IMG/VR virus record: IMGVR_UViG_3300037419_001469
Span: 1 to 64,000 of that record
Source of the DNA: a virus
Lineage: Duplodnaviria > Caudoviricetes
Direction: 5' to 3' (one strand)
Length of the DNA: 64,000 nt
How positions within the stretch are numbered: position 1 is the stretch's first letter; each line of letters starts with the position of its first letter. Of the stretch, positions 17,282 to 26,390 are shown in pieces. The position numbers and the translations under genes are program-made. A model generated the notes under the pieces. It was not told where the DNA came from and searched no databases. It worked only from the letters and a program-made list of their open reading frames with translations.

Positions 17282-20149
17282 CTATTGTGTATTGAATTCT
17301 TCAATACCCTCTTTATACATGTATTGCGTGCTGAAACTGAACACCTGCGTTTGCGGCGAGATTTTCAGTGCGCTCGTTACGCATTTGGTATCGACAGTGC
17401 CGGTGTACAGCGACATCGCCGCCCAAAACGATTCGAAGTTGTCGTACAGGGCTTCCTCTCCCATGCCCTTCTTGAAGCGCACATACTTCGTGTAGACGTT
17501 CTGCAGCCGCATCTCGATGGTCGTCCCCAGGTTCAGGTAGTCCTCGCCGTGCCGCAGGTGGACGCGCTCGTCCAGCGCCTCGTGCTGCGTGAGATACGCC
17601 ATCGTCGACAGCACCTTGGCCGCCTCGCTCATGACCTTGGGCGCCAGGGTTTCCGGCTTCTTCATGACGGCGCCGATCAGGTCGTTGAAGACGGCATCGA
17701 ACGCGCCGCCGAAGACCTGGTTCATCACCTGCTTGCCGAACTCGAGGCCGGTGACGGCGATGGCCATGTTGAAAATCGGCCGGTCCGCCGCGTCGGCGCG
17801 GCTGCCCACCATCTCGCGGATCTTCAGCACATTGGCCCGGACCTGGTCGCGCAAGGCGTTCAGGTCGACGGCGCGGGCGGCATCGATGCACAGCCGGCCC
17901 AGGCCGGACAGCACTTCCCGGTGCTGCATGCAGTAATCCATCTGCGCCTCGCGGCCGTAGCGGTCCTCGGGGCGCATCGGCACCGGCACCTGCCGTTCCA
18001 TCAAGGCCGACTGCGTGACCTGCGCCTCGGCCAGCACCGCGATCGGGGAACGGTTCGCCATCTTGTTCAAAACGAGCTTGCCTGCGCCGGTCGTGGTGGA
18101 AATCCCCCCTTTGCCGATACCATCGCCGTTGTAGTTGCTGCGCAGGATGCCCTTGGCCTTTTCCAGCAAATCCTTCTTCATCTCGCGCGGCTTGAATTCC
18201 TCCAGCACGAACGGAATCGAGCCGGAGCAGGTCGCCAGCTCGTCGTAGGTGAAGCGCGTCGCATCCATCGCGGACGTGAATTGCGGCTCCTGGCGGTAGT
18301 AATGCAGCTGCGTCAGCAGGTGCATCGTCTTCGACTTGCCGGAGCCGGCCTGGCCGTATATTGCAAGGAATGGAAACTGTCCGAACAATTGGCGAATGGG
18401 TTGGCACAGAAACGATGCCAACAGCCAGCCAAACATGCGACCGATGGTCTCCGTGCTATTGATCGAGAACATCTGCTCGAAGAATTGCCGAGTTTGAGGC
18501 GAATCAACAAGTGCAGGTGCATTGCGCAAGTCAGTGCGAAACGATAGATTTTCTGTCATACTCCCGCTCAGGCGGTAAGCCACCTGGTGGTTCGACGACA
18601 CCCCGAACTGGTCGGCCCAAATCACGTCAAGGCGCGAATCCGGAAGTGCTATGACATCGATGCCCTCCCTTCGGACTGTGTAGACTTGCCGCGCTTCCTT
18701 TTCCGTTTGCTTTCGCATGATGTCCGCCAATGCTCCGACTTGCGCATCCGTCAGCGACACCGAACACGACGCCGCACTTAGTGTGAATTCAACGAAGGCG
18801 TTGCGGCTCTTGAAGGCATTCATGCCGAGCTGCTTCGCCTTCCCCGTCGGCTTCCCCTCCACGTAGACCTGCACTTCATAGCCGTGTACCTCGCCGGTAT
18901 TGAGATCGACCAGCTGTTTCGGGTCGGCCAGGCCGAGCACGGACACCTGCGTATAGCCGCCCTCGTCGCTTTTCTTGAAGATGCCCTGGCGCGAGATGCG
19001 CAAGCCCTGGGTGACCGAGTACGGCAGCGCTTCGGCCGCCTGCTCGTCTTCGCCTTCGATGAACTCGCCCGCTTCGTTCACCGCCGCCTTGCCCATCTCC
19101 AGGTCCGGCGTGCGGGTCCCCTTGACCAGGATCGATTTCAGGCCGCCGAGCGAATACGAATAGCAGGGGTTGCCGAGCATGTAGTCGTACATGCGCAACA
19201 GTTCCCGCCGTCTCTTGGCCGGAGTGTTGTAGCGGCTGCCGTCGCCCTGATGGTTGTGGATCAGGCCCTCGCAGGCGAACAGGAACTGGTCCCGCGTCAT
19301 GCCGGTGCCGTCGCCATTGGTCAGGGCGGCGGCGGTGATCGCCAGTTGCGTGGCGATCTTCTGGAAACCGATGGACGAGTTGATGACCTCGCCGGACATC
19401 GCCGCCCTGAACGACGGGGGAATTTCTCCACCGAAGTCCTTCAGCAGGTTGACCGCGTTACGGTTTTTCTTGGCCGACTCGACCGCGCTGGCCAGCTTCG
19501 ATGCCGCCGACGAATACAGTACGGCCAGCGCCGAATTCAGCGCGGGCGCCTTGGTGAAGCGCTCATGCCGCTTTTGCGAGGTGATGGCGATGTACTTGTC
19601 GACCGTCATCTCCATCGCTTCCTGCACCGAGATCGGCACCTTGTAGCGGCCGTTCGTGCGCTGGACATTCGGCTCGCGCCACATGCGGCCGCGCCGCGCG
19701 CTGTAGATGTTCATGTCGACGGTGTCGACATACAGCTGGTTCGCCATCTCCCGGTAGATCAGCGGCAGGTTCGACTGCCCGCGCGGGTTCGGCTTGCAAA
19801 ACATCTCGGGCGCGAATTCCAGGTGAAAGCCGCGCCCGCCCGTGGCATACAGCGCGATCTGCTCCAGGTCGACGTCGTATTCGTCGCGCAGCATGCGCAG
19901 CAGCTTCTTGAACTGGACGATGACCAACTCGGGGTCGTCGCTGTCCAGGTCCTGGTAGAACGGGCCGCGGTAGTGGGTTTTCGCCACTTCCTCGGGCGTC
20001 GTGTTTTCATCGATCGGGTGGTCAAGCTCCAGGACCGACGTGAACGGGCAGCCCTTTTCCTTGACGATGCGCTGGCGGTGCTCGGCCAGGATCGGGAACC
20101 AGCGAGACTCCGGCTCCAGCTGGTAATAGCAATACCATGTTGTGCTCAT
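17282..20149 (-). CDS. primase-helicase (AEP/PrimPol N-terminus, P-loop helicase C-terminus)
   Basis: DLDSDD and TGGRGFH AEP motifs; Walker A GQAGSGKS, Walker B LEEF. Confidence 0.85.
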   Translation of the reverse strand: MSTTWYCYYQLEPESRWFPILAEHRQRIVKEKGCPFTSVLELDHPIDENTTPEEVAKTHYRGPFYQDLDSDDPELVIVQFKKLLRMLRDEYDVDLEQIALYATGGRGFHLEFAPEMFCKPNPRGQSNLPLIYREMANQLYVDTVDMNIYSARRGRMWREPNVQRTNGRYKVPISVQEAMEMTVDKYIAITSQKRHERFTKAPALNSALAVLYSSAASKLASAVESAKKNRNAVNLLKDFGGEIPPSFRAAMSGEVINSSIGFQKIATQLAITAAALTNGDGTGMTRDQFLFACEGLIHNHQGDGSRYNTPAKRRRELLRMYDYMLGNPCYSYSLGGLKSILVKGTRTPDLEMGKAAVNEAGEFIEGEDEQAAEALPYSVTQGLRISRQGIFKKSDEGGYTQVSVLGLADPKQLVDLNTGEVHGYEVQVYVEGKPTGKAKQLGMNAFKSRNAFVEFTLSAASCSVSLTDAQVGALADIMRKQTEKEARQVYTVRREGIDVIALPDSRLDVIWADQFGVSSNHQVAYRLSGSMTENLSFRTDLRNAPALVDSPQTRQFFEQMFSINSTETIGRMFGWLLASFLCQPIRQLFGQFPFLAIYGQAGSGKSKTMHLLTQLHYYRQEPQFTSAMDATRFTYDELATCSGSIPFVLEEFKPREMKKDLLEKAKGILRSNYNGDGIGKGGISTTTGAGKLVLNKMANRSPIAVLAEAQVTQSALMERQVPVPMRPEDRYGREAQMDYCMQHREVLSGLGRLCIDAARAVDLNALRDQVRANVLKIREMVGSRADAADRPIFNMAIAVTGLEFGKQVMNQVFGGAFDAVFNDLIGAVMKKPETLAPKVMSEAAKVLSTMAYLTQHEALDERVHLRHGEDYLNLGTTIEMRLQNVYTKYVRFKKGMGEEALYDNFESFWAAMSLYTGTVDTKCVTSALKISPQTQVFSFSTQYMYKEGIEEFNTQ

Positions 20150-20207
20150 TGTTCAGCCTTATCGTTCGCTACCGCAAAATGCGGGGTTTCAGGTCCACAA
20201 CGGACGG

Positions 20208-20741
20208 TTAGCAGGAGAGCAGGTCGAGACTGACGTGAGGAAACAGCTCACGGAACTTGGCCGGCGTGACAACGGAAGTGGCGCCGGCGCTGTAGTAGTC
20301 GTCGCGCGAGCGGCATTTGAACATGATCATGAACGACAGCGAGCGCCGGGTGACGCCGCCGATGATCGTGCCGTCCCACTGCAATCGCTGGCGCGGCGCG
20401 ACCGAGGCGAACACCTCGAAGCCGAACAAGCGCTTCGGGATGTAGTCGAGGGTCATGACCTCGTGGGTTTGGAGGTCTTCGATGTCAACCTCCGCTCCAT
20501 CCTTGGAGTTGGCCCGGAAGCCGAGCACCTTCAGCTGCGTCAGGATCTCCGGAGGCCGATGCTGCTTGTCTCTCGTCAGGCCAGAGGGCTGGTAGACGAT
20601 GAAAATGCGGTTGGCGAAGGAGACTTCGACCTTCAGCGACTTGTACGTCTCATAGACCTCGCGGTCCGGAGAGATCATCCGAGAGACGAGGTCGGCCAAG
20701 GAGGCGTCCTCGCTCAGAGGGTGGGGCTGAAGTTGGGTCAA
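20208..20741 (-). CDS. hypothetical protein
   Basis: likely TTG start after GGAGAG (ORF track extends to 20810). Confidence 0.6.
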   Translation of the reverse strand: MTQLQPHPLSEDASLADLVSRMISPDREVYETYKSLKVEVSFANRIFIVYQPSGLTRDKQHRPPEILTQLKVLGFRANSKDGAEVDIEDLQTHEVMTLDYIPKRLFGFEVFASVAPRQRLQWDGTIIGGVTRRSLSFMIMFKCRSRDDYYSAGATSVVTPAKFRELFPHVSLDLLSC

Positions 20742-20776
20742 AGCTCTCTCCGCAAATAAGTGTCTCCGAAGCCCCG

Positions 20777-20805
20777 ATTCTAAAACCAAAGATTCCCTGC
20801 TGGAA
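20777..20805 (-). promoter_or_regulatory. sigma70-like promoter
   Basis: TTCCAG-17 nt-TAGAAT on minus strand in AT-rich patch. Confidence 0.45.
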
Positions 20806-20812
20806 AGCATTT

Positions 20813-22201
20813 TTATTCTCCATAGAGGGCCTTGCGTATGTCCTTGTAATTTCGCACGACGCGATTAACTTGCTCATCTTTTCTCAAGAGCGATTCTTGC
20901 CTGTTAACTTGTATTGTACCACTTGCAATGGCAAGTCGTACACGAACTTTACGCTTTTGGCCATTGCGATAAACCCTGCCGACTGCCTGCTCGAACTGGA
21001 TCGGTGTCAGTGGCATTTCCATAAACAGCACGTCTGCGCACATGTCTTGCAGGTTCAAGCCGTAGCCAGCACTCTGCACCTGTGCAACCAGCACTTGGCA
21101 TGCCGGGTCTTCCATGAACTTAACGATATTTCTTTCCTGCTCCTTGGCGGATATACCGCCGTAGACCGCGACCGCGCCACACTTAGTGAGATACGCGTGC
21201 ATCGCCGCCGAGGTCATCCGGTAATTCGTGAACACGATCAGCTTCTGGCCTGCCAGCTCATCGAGGACCTGGTCGACCAGCTCGAAGCCGGCCGAGGTCG
21301 CATTGGGGTTGCCGGAGAAATAGGCGTGGTTCAGGATGATCTGCTGCATGCAGTGCCACAGCCGGGTCTCCTGGGTCGCATCGATCTTGCCGCCGTCCTC
21401 CAGCTCCAGCATCTGCTCCTCGGCCAGGCGCCGATACAGCGCCATGTGGTCGTCGGCCAGGTCGTAGAACAGCGGCTGATACGCGATCTCCGGCAGCTCG
21501 GCCAGCACGTCTTCCTTCAGCAGCCGGCGCGAGTGGACGCGCAGGTTCTGTTCGAGCAAGTCGAGGTTCGCGTACTCGACGGGTTTCCCGAAAAAATCCT
21601 CCTTCGTGATGTGGATGTTTCTCCACATATTGAAATTGCGGTAAATCTGTGGCGCGATCAGCTTGATGTAGGCATACGCATCCTCGATCTTGGCCAGCGG
21701 CGTGCCGGTCAGCAGCATCAGGTGGCCATCCATCGAGTAGTCGCGCACCGTCTTGTAGTTCTGGCTGGCGTAGTTCTTGATCGAGGTCGCCTCGTCGACG
21801 ATCAGGACCGTCCGGTTCGGGTTGGTCTCGGTCAGGATACGGGCCTGGTCGCGCTTGAACATCTCGATCGTCATCAGCGTGAACATCGCCTCGAAGTTCA
21901 GCTTCCTGCGCTGTGCCGGCTCGCCGCGGTAGATCGTCGCGGTCACGCCGGGTATCGACATCAGCCACTTGTACCAGCCGCGCAAGAGGATCGGCGGCAT
22001 GGTAACAATCACGCGGTCGGCCTCGCCCATGATGATCTTGAACAGGGCGCTGACCGTGGACGTGGCGGTCTTGCCCACGCCCACGGCCAGGTAGTGGCCG
22101 GACTTCGGATACAGCGCAAGCTCGTTGACGACGGATTTCTGGTAGCCGTACAGCTCGAACGGCAACTTGAACCGGGAGGCAACGATGTCGCACGGTGTCA
22201 T
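20813..22201 (-). CDS. SNF2-family helicase
   Basis: GVGKT, VDEAT, LLTGTP, GYGLNLQ, QAVGRVYRNGQ. Confidence 0.9.
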   Translation of the reverse strand: MTPCDIVASRFKLPFELYGYQKSVVNELALYPKSGHYLAVGVGKTATSTVSALFKIIMGEADRVIVTMPPILLRGWYKWLMSIPGVTATIYRGEPAQRRKLNFEAMFTLMTIEMFKRDQARILTETNPNRTVLIVDEATSIKNYASQNYKTVRDYSMDGHLMLLTGTPLAKIEDAYAYIKLIAPQIYRNFNMWRNIHITKEDFFGKPVEYANLDLLEQNLRVHSRRLLKEDVLAELPEIAYQPLFYDLADDHMALYRRLAEEQMLELEDGGKIDATQETRLWHCMQQIILNHAYFSGNPNATSAGFELVDQVLDELAGQKLIVFTNYRMTSAAMHAYLTKCGAVAVYGGISAKEQERNIVKFMEDPACQVLVAQVQSAGYGLNLQDMCADVLFMEMPLTPIQFEQAVGRVYRNGQKRKVRVRLAIASGTIQVNRQESLLRKDEQVNRVVRNYKDIRKALYGE

Positions 22202-22204
22202 GGC

Positions 22205-22690
22205 TTACTCCTTCTGCTGTTTTCCATGACGCAATATGCCATCCAGGACCGAGCGGGTGTCGGCCCAGGACCTGGCTTCGATGTCGGCGGCGATGTCGGC
22301 CGCGCGCATCGTGACCGTCTCTATCCAGCGCGGGTTGAACGCGACCATCGGCAGGTAGGACAACCGCTTGGCGTCCATGCGGGACACGCGTTCGACGAAC
22401 GTCGTTGGATCCTCCTGCAGCCAGCCACGCATCTCGGGAAACAATCGCCTGCAGTTGTCGCCCTTCATCGTAGCCAGCGCATGGCCGAGCGCGCCGAACG
22501 GCATGCGCTGCGTGACCAGCAGCGCATTGGCGCCGGGCGCCAGGTACTGATCGACCATCGGGTAGCTGATGTAGACGAGGTTCCACAGCGGCATGTCGCC
22601 GCGGCAGCTCGGGCCGTAGCCTATGCTGCCCTTGCCGTAATCCTCCGGTGGCCGCGGCGACCAGCAGAGTTCTCCACGTACATGAATCAT
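22205..22690 (-). CDS. hypothetical protein
   Basis: start MIHVRGEL after GGAG. Confidence 0.6.
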   Translation of the reverse strand: MIHVRGELCWSPRPPEDYGKGSIGYGPSCRGDMPLWNLVYISYPMVDQYLAPGANALLVTQRMPFGALGHALATMKGDNCRRLFPEMRGWLQEDPTTFVERVSRMDAKRLSYLPMVAFNPRWIETVTMRAADIAADIEARSWADTRSVLDGILRHGKQQKE

Positions 22691-22702
22691 GGTGCTGACT
22701 CC

Positions 22703-22733
22703 AAAAAAGAAGGCCCACACTAAGTGTGGGCCT
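22703..22733 (-). terminator. intrinsic terminator whose hairpin is a CACTNAGTG palindrome
   Basis: AGGCCCACACTTAGTGTGGGCCT then TCTTTTTT on minus strand. Confidence 0.7.
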
Positions 22734-22749
22734 GGGCTGTCGCATGGAT

Positions 22750-23229
22750 TTAATCGAACACGGGTTCGACGAAATCCACGCACTTCAGGAACTTGTGCTG
22801 CGGATAGAACTTGCCATCGCTGCCAGTCTGGTCCCGGGCTGACTTCAAAGCCATCGCCGGAAACTGGCCCACGGCATATACCTCCAGGCCCAGGCCGTGG
22901 TACTTCTCGGCAGTGCGATTCAGTTGGTCCTGGTTCATCACCAGGCGCGACATCAGCGCGCTCACCACGAGCTCCATATCCTTGTCGGCATCGAAGCCGG
23001 CAAGGTGGTGGCCGCCGAGGCTGAACACGTTGACATCGCACAGCGCATCGCGCAGCTTTTTCGGGTCGCGCTGCTCGATGGCCTCCAGCGCTTCCTCGAC
23101 CTCCTCGGGAATGCACTGGACCTGCTTCCTGAGGCGGTCCCAATCGATGGCCTCCGGATTTCCCTGCGGGTTGCCGAAGGCGGTGTTCATGGCGGCGACG
23201 AGGCCGAACATTGAGGGTTGCGTCATCAC
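22750..23229 (-). CDS. MazG-like/PRA-PH nucleotide pyrophosphohydrolase
   Basis: EExxE...DALCD all-alpha NTPase pattern. Confidence 0.75.
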   Translation of the reverse strand: MMTQPSMFGLVAAMNTAFGNPQGNPEAIDWDRLRKQVQCIPEEVEEALEAIEQRDPKKLRDALCDVNVFSLGGHHLAGFDADKDMELVVSALMSRLVMNQDQLNRTAEKYHGLGLEVYAVGQFPAMALKSARDQTGSDGKFYPQHKFLKCVDFVEPVFD

Positions 23230-23235
23230 TTCTCC

Positions 23236-23442
23236 TTACAGTTTGAACGTGGCATAGCGGTCCACGATGTTGGCATGCACGAAGCGGCCCGGGCTCTCGG
23301 CCCGGGTCAGGTCTTCGTACACGGTTAACGGCACGCCCACATAGCGGTACTTGCCGCCCTTGATGAACGTGAGGGTCAGGGTGGAGATGCCGTCATGTTC
23401 GGCCTCCACCACATTGGAGCTATTCAGCTTTGTCCATGGCAC
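23236..23442 (-). CDS. KTSC domain protein
   Basis: SSNV...Y.Y.GVP..VY..L..AESPGRF. Confidence 0.85.
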   Translation of the reverse strand: MPWTKLNSSNVVEAEHDGISTLTLTFIKGGKYRYVGVPLTVYEDLTRAESPGRFVHANIVDRYATFKL

Positions 23443-23443
23443 T

Positions 23444-23893
23444 TTAATCTCCTGGCGGCTTCTGATCCACGATCACGCGGAACAGGCCGGTAATGGGGTT
23501 CACACCGAGTGTGAGGACCACGCCAGCGAATTCGACCTCCATCTTTTCCGGAGCGATGTGCGGTCTTGAAATCGCAACTTCCCCCGGCTCCCTGACGGCA
23601 GCCTTCTTGGCGCGGTTACCTAGTTGAAAAGGCGGCGCGCTTGGGTTCCATCGGTAGGTCGCCTCACGCCCCATGCCGTTCTTGATGATGGCGTTATGGC
23701 GCTCCAGCACTTTTAAAATGTCGCGCACCTGCCAGTTGGTCCGCTCTGTCCTGGAGATGTCATCCTTCTGCCTCAGAGCGGCAAGAGATAGCTCCTCTCT
23801 GCGTAAGTGCTCCTCGATGAATTTGTACATCAAGGCCAGGTTCGCCATCGGCGGTTGGGCTACGTCTTTGGTCTCGTCGGTAAGGTCTAGCAT
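23444..23893 (-). CDS. hypothetical protein, possible winged-helix DNA-binding domain
   Basis: GAGG RBS before MLDL; helical region then G..R..TY.W wing-like segment; atypical codon usage. Confidence 0.45.
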   Translation of the reverse strand: MLDLTDETKDVAQPPMANLALMYKFIEEHLRREELSLAALRQKDDISRTERTNWQVRDILKVLERHNAIIKNGMGREATYRWNPSAPPFQLGNRAKKAAVREPGEVAISRPHIAPEKMEVEFAGVVLTLGVNPITGLFRVIVDQKPPGD

Positions 23894-24061
23894 GGTGGTC
23901 CTCATTAAAAAATCTGCACAGTTCCCTGTGAAATGGCTGCGTGGTGATGCTGAGACTCCAAGAACTGCCAATTGGAGCGGTATTGTCAGTGACAAACCCG
24001 GCATGGTGGATGATCGACTATCGGTCGCCCATAGATACCTCAAGATAGTCCAATAGTCGAG

Positions 24062-24244
24062 TTAAAGCCAGTCGTCGTGCGAGGTCCGTGGAGGCACGTC
24101 ATCCGACAACTGGTCCTCGAATCGGCGGTTACGCGGAGGCGCCTTCGCCTGCTCCTCCGCGCGCCGCTTCAGCGCCTCATATTCCGCATGCAGGCGCTGA
24201 AACTTCCGTCGATTCAGGGCGTTGGATAGCCACTGGAAAATCAT
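24062..24244 (-). CDS. hypothetical protein
   Basis: ATGA overlap with ParB-like stop. Confidence 0.55.
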   Translation of the reverse strand: MIFQWLSNALNRRKFQRLHAEYEALKRRAEEQAKAPPRNRRFEDQLSDDVPPRTSHDDWL

Positions 24245-25332
24245 GGGGCGGCCTTGCCGTCTTCGCCCTTCGGCTTGAACGGCCAGTTGCCATTGGCAAC
24301 CTCTCCCTGTTCCGGCGCCGGCCCGTCGCCGTCGTCGTCCTCGTCCTCGTCGGTGCCGAGCATCGCCTGCAGTTCCAGCAAGCGCTTCAGCACGGTGCCA
24401 GGCACCTTGACCGAATACTTGCGGGTGTCGCTGATCGACTCGACCTTGTACTCCAGGTCCGGCAGGAAATGCACCATGTCCTTGGCGATGTCGACGACTT
24501 TCTTCGGGCTGACCTTCTTCTTCGGTGCGGCTTCGCGCTGCGCGGCGGCGACGGCGGCCGGATCACCATCGGTGCCAGCAGCCGGATTGGCTGCCATCTG
24601 CTTGGCGATCGACGTCGTCACCTTCGGCTTGCCGGTTTCAGCCAGGCGCGTAACGTAGTCACGCAACACATCTACCGCCCCTTCGGCGCCGTGCTTTTTC
24701 ACGGCGTCCAGCGCGACATCCACGCTGATCTTGTCGTCGCGGATCAGGTCCTTGATCGGATGCGCCAGGTTCGAGATCGCTTCGAGCTTGTCGATGTACG
24801 ACGCCGACCAGGACAGCTTCTTGGCGATGTGGGTCTTCGGCAGATTGAGGGTGTCGATGGCGCGGCGCACGACGACGGACAGTTCCAGCACGGTCAGCTT
24901 CTCGCCCGCGTTCGAGGTCACCGTCATCATCAGGCAATCCTCGTCGGAGCCCTTGAACGGCACGCACATCAGGAAGCCGACGCCCTCCTGCCCTTCGGCC
25001 TTCAGCTCGGCATCGGCCTGCAAGGCTGCCGTGTAGCGGCACTCGCCATTGACGATGGAGACCTTCTCCTTCGACTCCAGGCGAACCTCGATGGCCGGCA
25101 CATACTGGCCGCTCTTGTAGGCTTCCTTGATCGCGGCGATCTTCTCGACCGTCTCCGGTTTCGATAGGTCGCGCGGATTGAAACCCTCGCGCTTGACGAT
25201 GCGGTGCAGCGGCACCTTCATCAGCTCGCCGCGGCCGACGTCGGCATTGCCGCGCTCGAAATCGCGGAACGATCCGGAGCCCGGCACGCGGCTGGTGTTG
25301 GCGGTATCTTTCAATTGCTTCGTCTTCGACAT
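24241..25332 (-). CDS. ParB-like protein (N-terminal CTPase-type domain plus HTH)
   Basis: VPLHRI...FNPR box, PAIEV...IVNGECRYTAA box, N...LTVLE...IAKKLSWSASYI HTH; acidic tail. Confidence 0.75.
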   Translation of the reverse strand: MSKTKQLKDTANTSRVPGSGSFRDFERGNADVGRGELMKVPLHRIVKREGFNPRDLSKPETVEKIAAIKEAYKSGQYVPAIEVRLESKEKVSIVNGECRYTAALQADAELKAEGQEGVGFLMCVPFKGSDEDCLMMTVTSNAGEKLTVLELSVVVRRAIDTLNLPKTHIAKKLSWSASYIDKLEAISNLAHPIKDLIRDDKISVDVALDAVKKHGAEGAVDVLRDYVTRLAETGKPKVTTSIAKQMAANPAAGTDGDPAAVAAAQREAAPKKKVSPKKVVDIAKDMVHFLPDLEYKVESISDTRKYSVKVPGTVLKRLLELQAMLGTDEDEDDDGDGPAPEQGEVANGNWPFKPKGEDGKAAP

Positions 25333-25381
25333 GATCTTCTCCATTTACAGTAAAGGAATGCCCATCTCGTCAATGGGCCTA

Positions 25382-25825
25382 CTACGGCACGACAACACCA
25401 GGATTTAGCCTGGCTTCCAGCTCTTTCACCTTCTTGCGCAGCTCGTCGACCTCCTGCACCAGTGCAAGCACGAACCCGTCCCCGGTCACGTCCCGGTTCC
25501 ACGGCTCGCCGTGGCGGAACACTTCAGTCTTGCCATCCTGGTGCATGACATAGCGGTACTTGCCGTCATAGACGGTGACGTCATACATAGGGATTGGCGC
25601 GAAATCGGCAAAGCTGTGACCAAGCTTCTCGATCATGGCGCCCTTGCACGAATCGCACAGCGACATGCTGCCGCGCTCGCCATCGCTTCCCGCCTTGCGT
25701 TCGGTGGCGATAACGGTCGGCTTGCTCGTGCAGCGTACCCAGGGACGCGGTCCGAGCGTCATGAAGCTGCCTTCCTGGATCAGTGCCTGGCACTGGTTCG
25801 GGTCCGGTGGGATCAGGTCAGCCAT
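25382..25825 (-). CDS. hypothetical protein
   Basis: start MADLIPPD. Confidence 0.55.
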   Translation of the reverse strand: MADLIPPDPNQCQALIQEGSFMTLGPRPWVRCTSKPTVIATERKAGSDGERGSMSLCDSCKGAMIEKLGHSFADFAPIPMYDVTVYDGKYRYVMHQDGKTEVFRHGEPWNRDVTGDGFVLALVQEVDELRKKVKELEARLNPGVVVP

Positions 25826-26183
25826 ACACGATCTCCCCGAAGCACGCGACCTGCACGATGACGTCAGCCGCGTCGGCGTCGATGTAGCAGCCGATGTTGT
25901 CCTGGTCACCAATCGAGTCGCGGATCCATTGCCGGATCTGGTCGTTGACCTGGACCTCGCCGTTGGCCAGCTGGCGCACGGCGGCGCGAATCTGGTCATA
26001 GTCGACGGAGACTGCCTTATCTCTGTCTGGCATGATCTTCCAGCCAACGACCTTGTTGTCATCATCCAGCAGATGATGTGCCCCGGCGCACCAGTAATTG
26101 ATACCGCCTTCGAAAGCGGTGTCCATGACATCAACCACATACCGATCAGTGATCGTGGTTGACGGTGTGATCAAGGTGTCCAT
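25818..26183 (-). CDS. hypothetical phage protein (EGGINYW family)
   Basis: GGAGAG RBS; AFEGGINYWC...IDADAADVIVQ...FGEIVYG. Confidence 0.7.
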   Translation of the reverse strand: MDTLITPSTTITDRYVVDVMDTAFEGGINYWCAGAHHLLDDDNKVVGWKIMPDRDKAVSVDYDQIRAAVRQLANGEVQVNDQIRQWIRDSIGDQDNIGCYIDADAADVIVQVACFGEIVYG

Positions 26184-26385
26184 CTTTTCTCTCCTCGGAG
26201 AATTCGACATAGAAGCCGTCCCGTTCAGCACGCACTGTCCCATGCGCCTCGGATGACCGGAACGGATGCTGGTAAAACAGCACATAGGCCATCGAGTTCG
26301 CACAGAACAAGGCACGAATGCGAGATCGATATTCGATGTACTTGTGGGCCGAGCCATCGCAGCGGCCGAAAGAGACGGTGTACAT
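26146..26385 (-). CDS. hypothetical protein
   Basis: fills gap between neighbours. Confidence 0.4.
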   Translation of the reverse strand: MYTVSFGRCDGSAHKYIEYRSRIRALFCANSMAYVLFYQHPFRSSEAHGTVRAERDGFYVEFSEERKDGHLDHTVNHDH

Positions 26386-26390
26386 AATTG

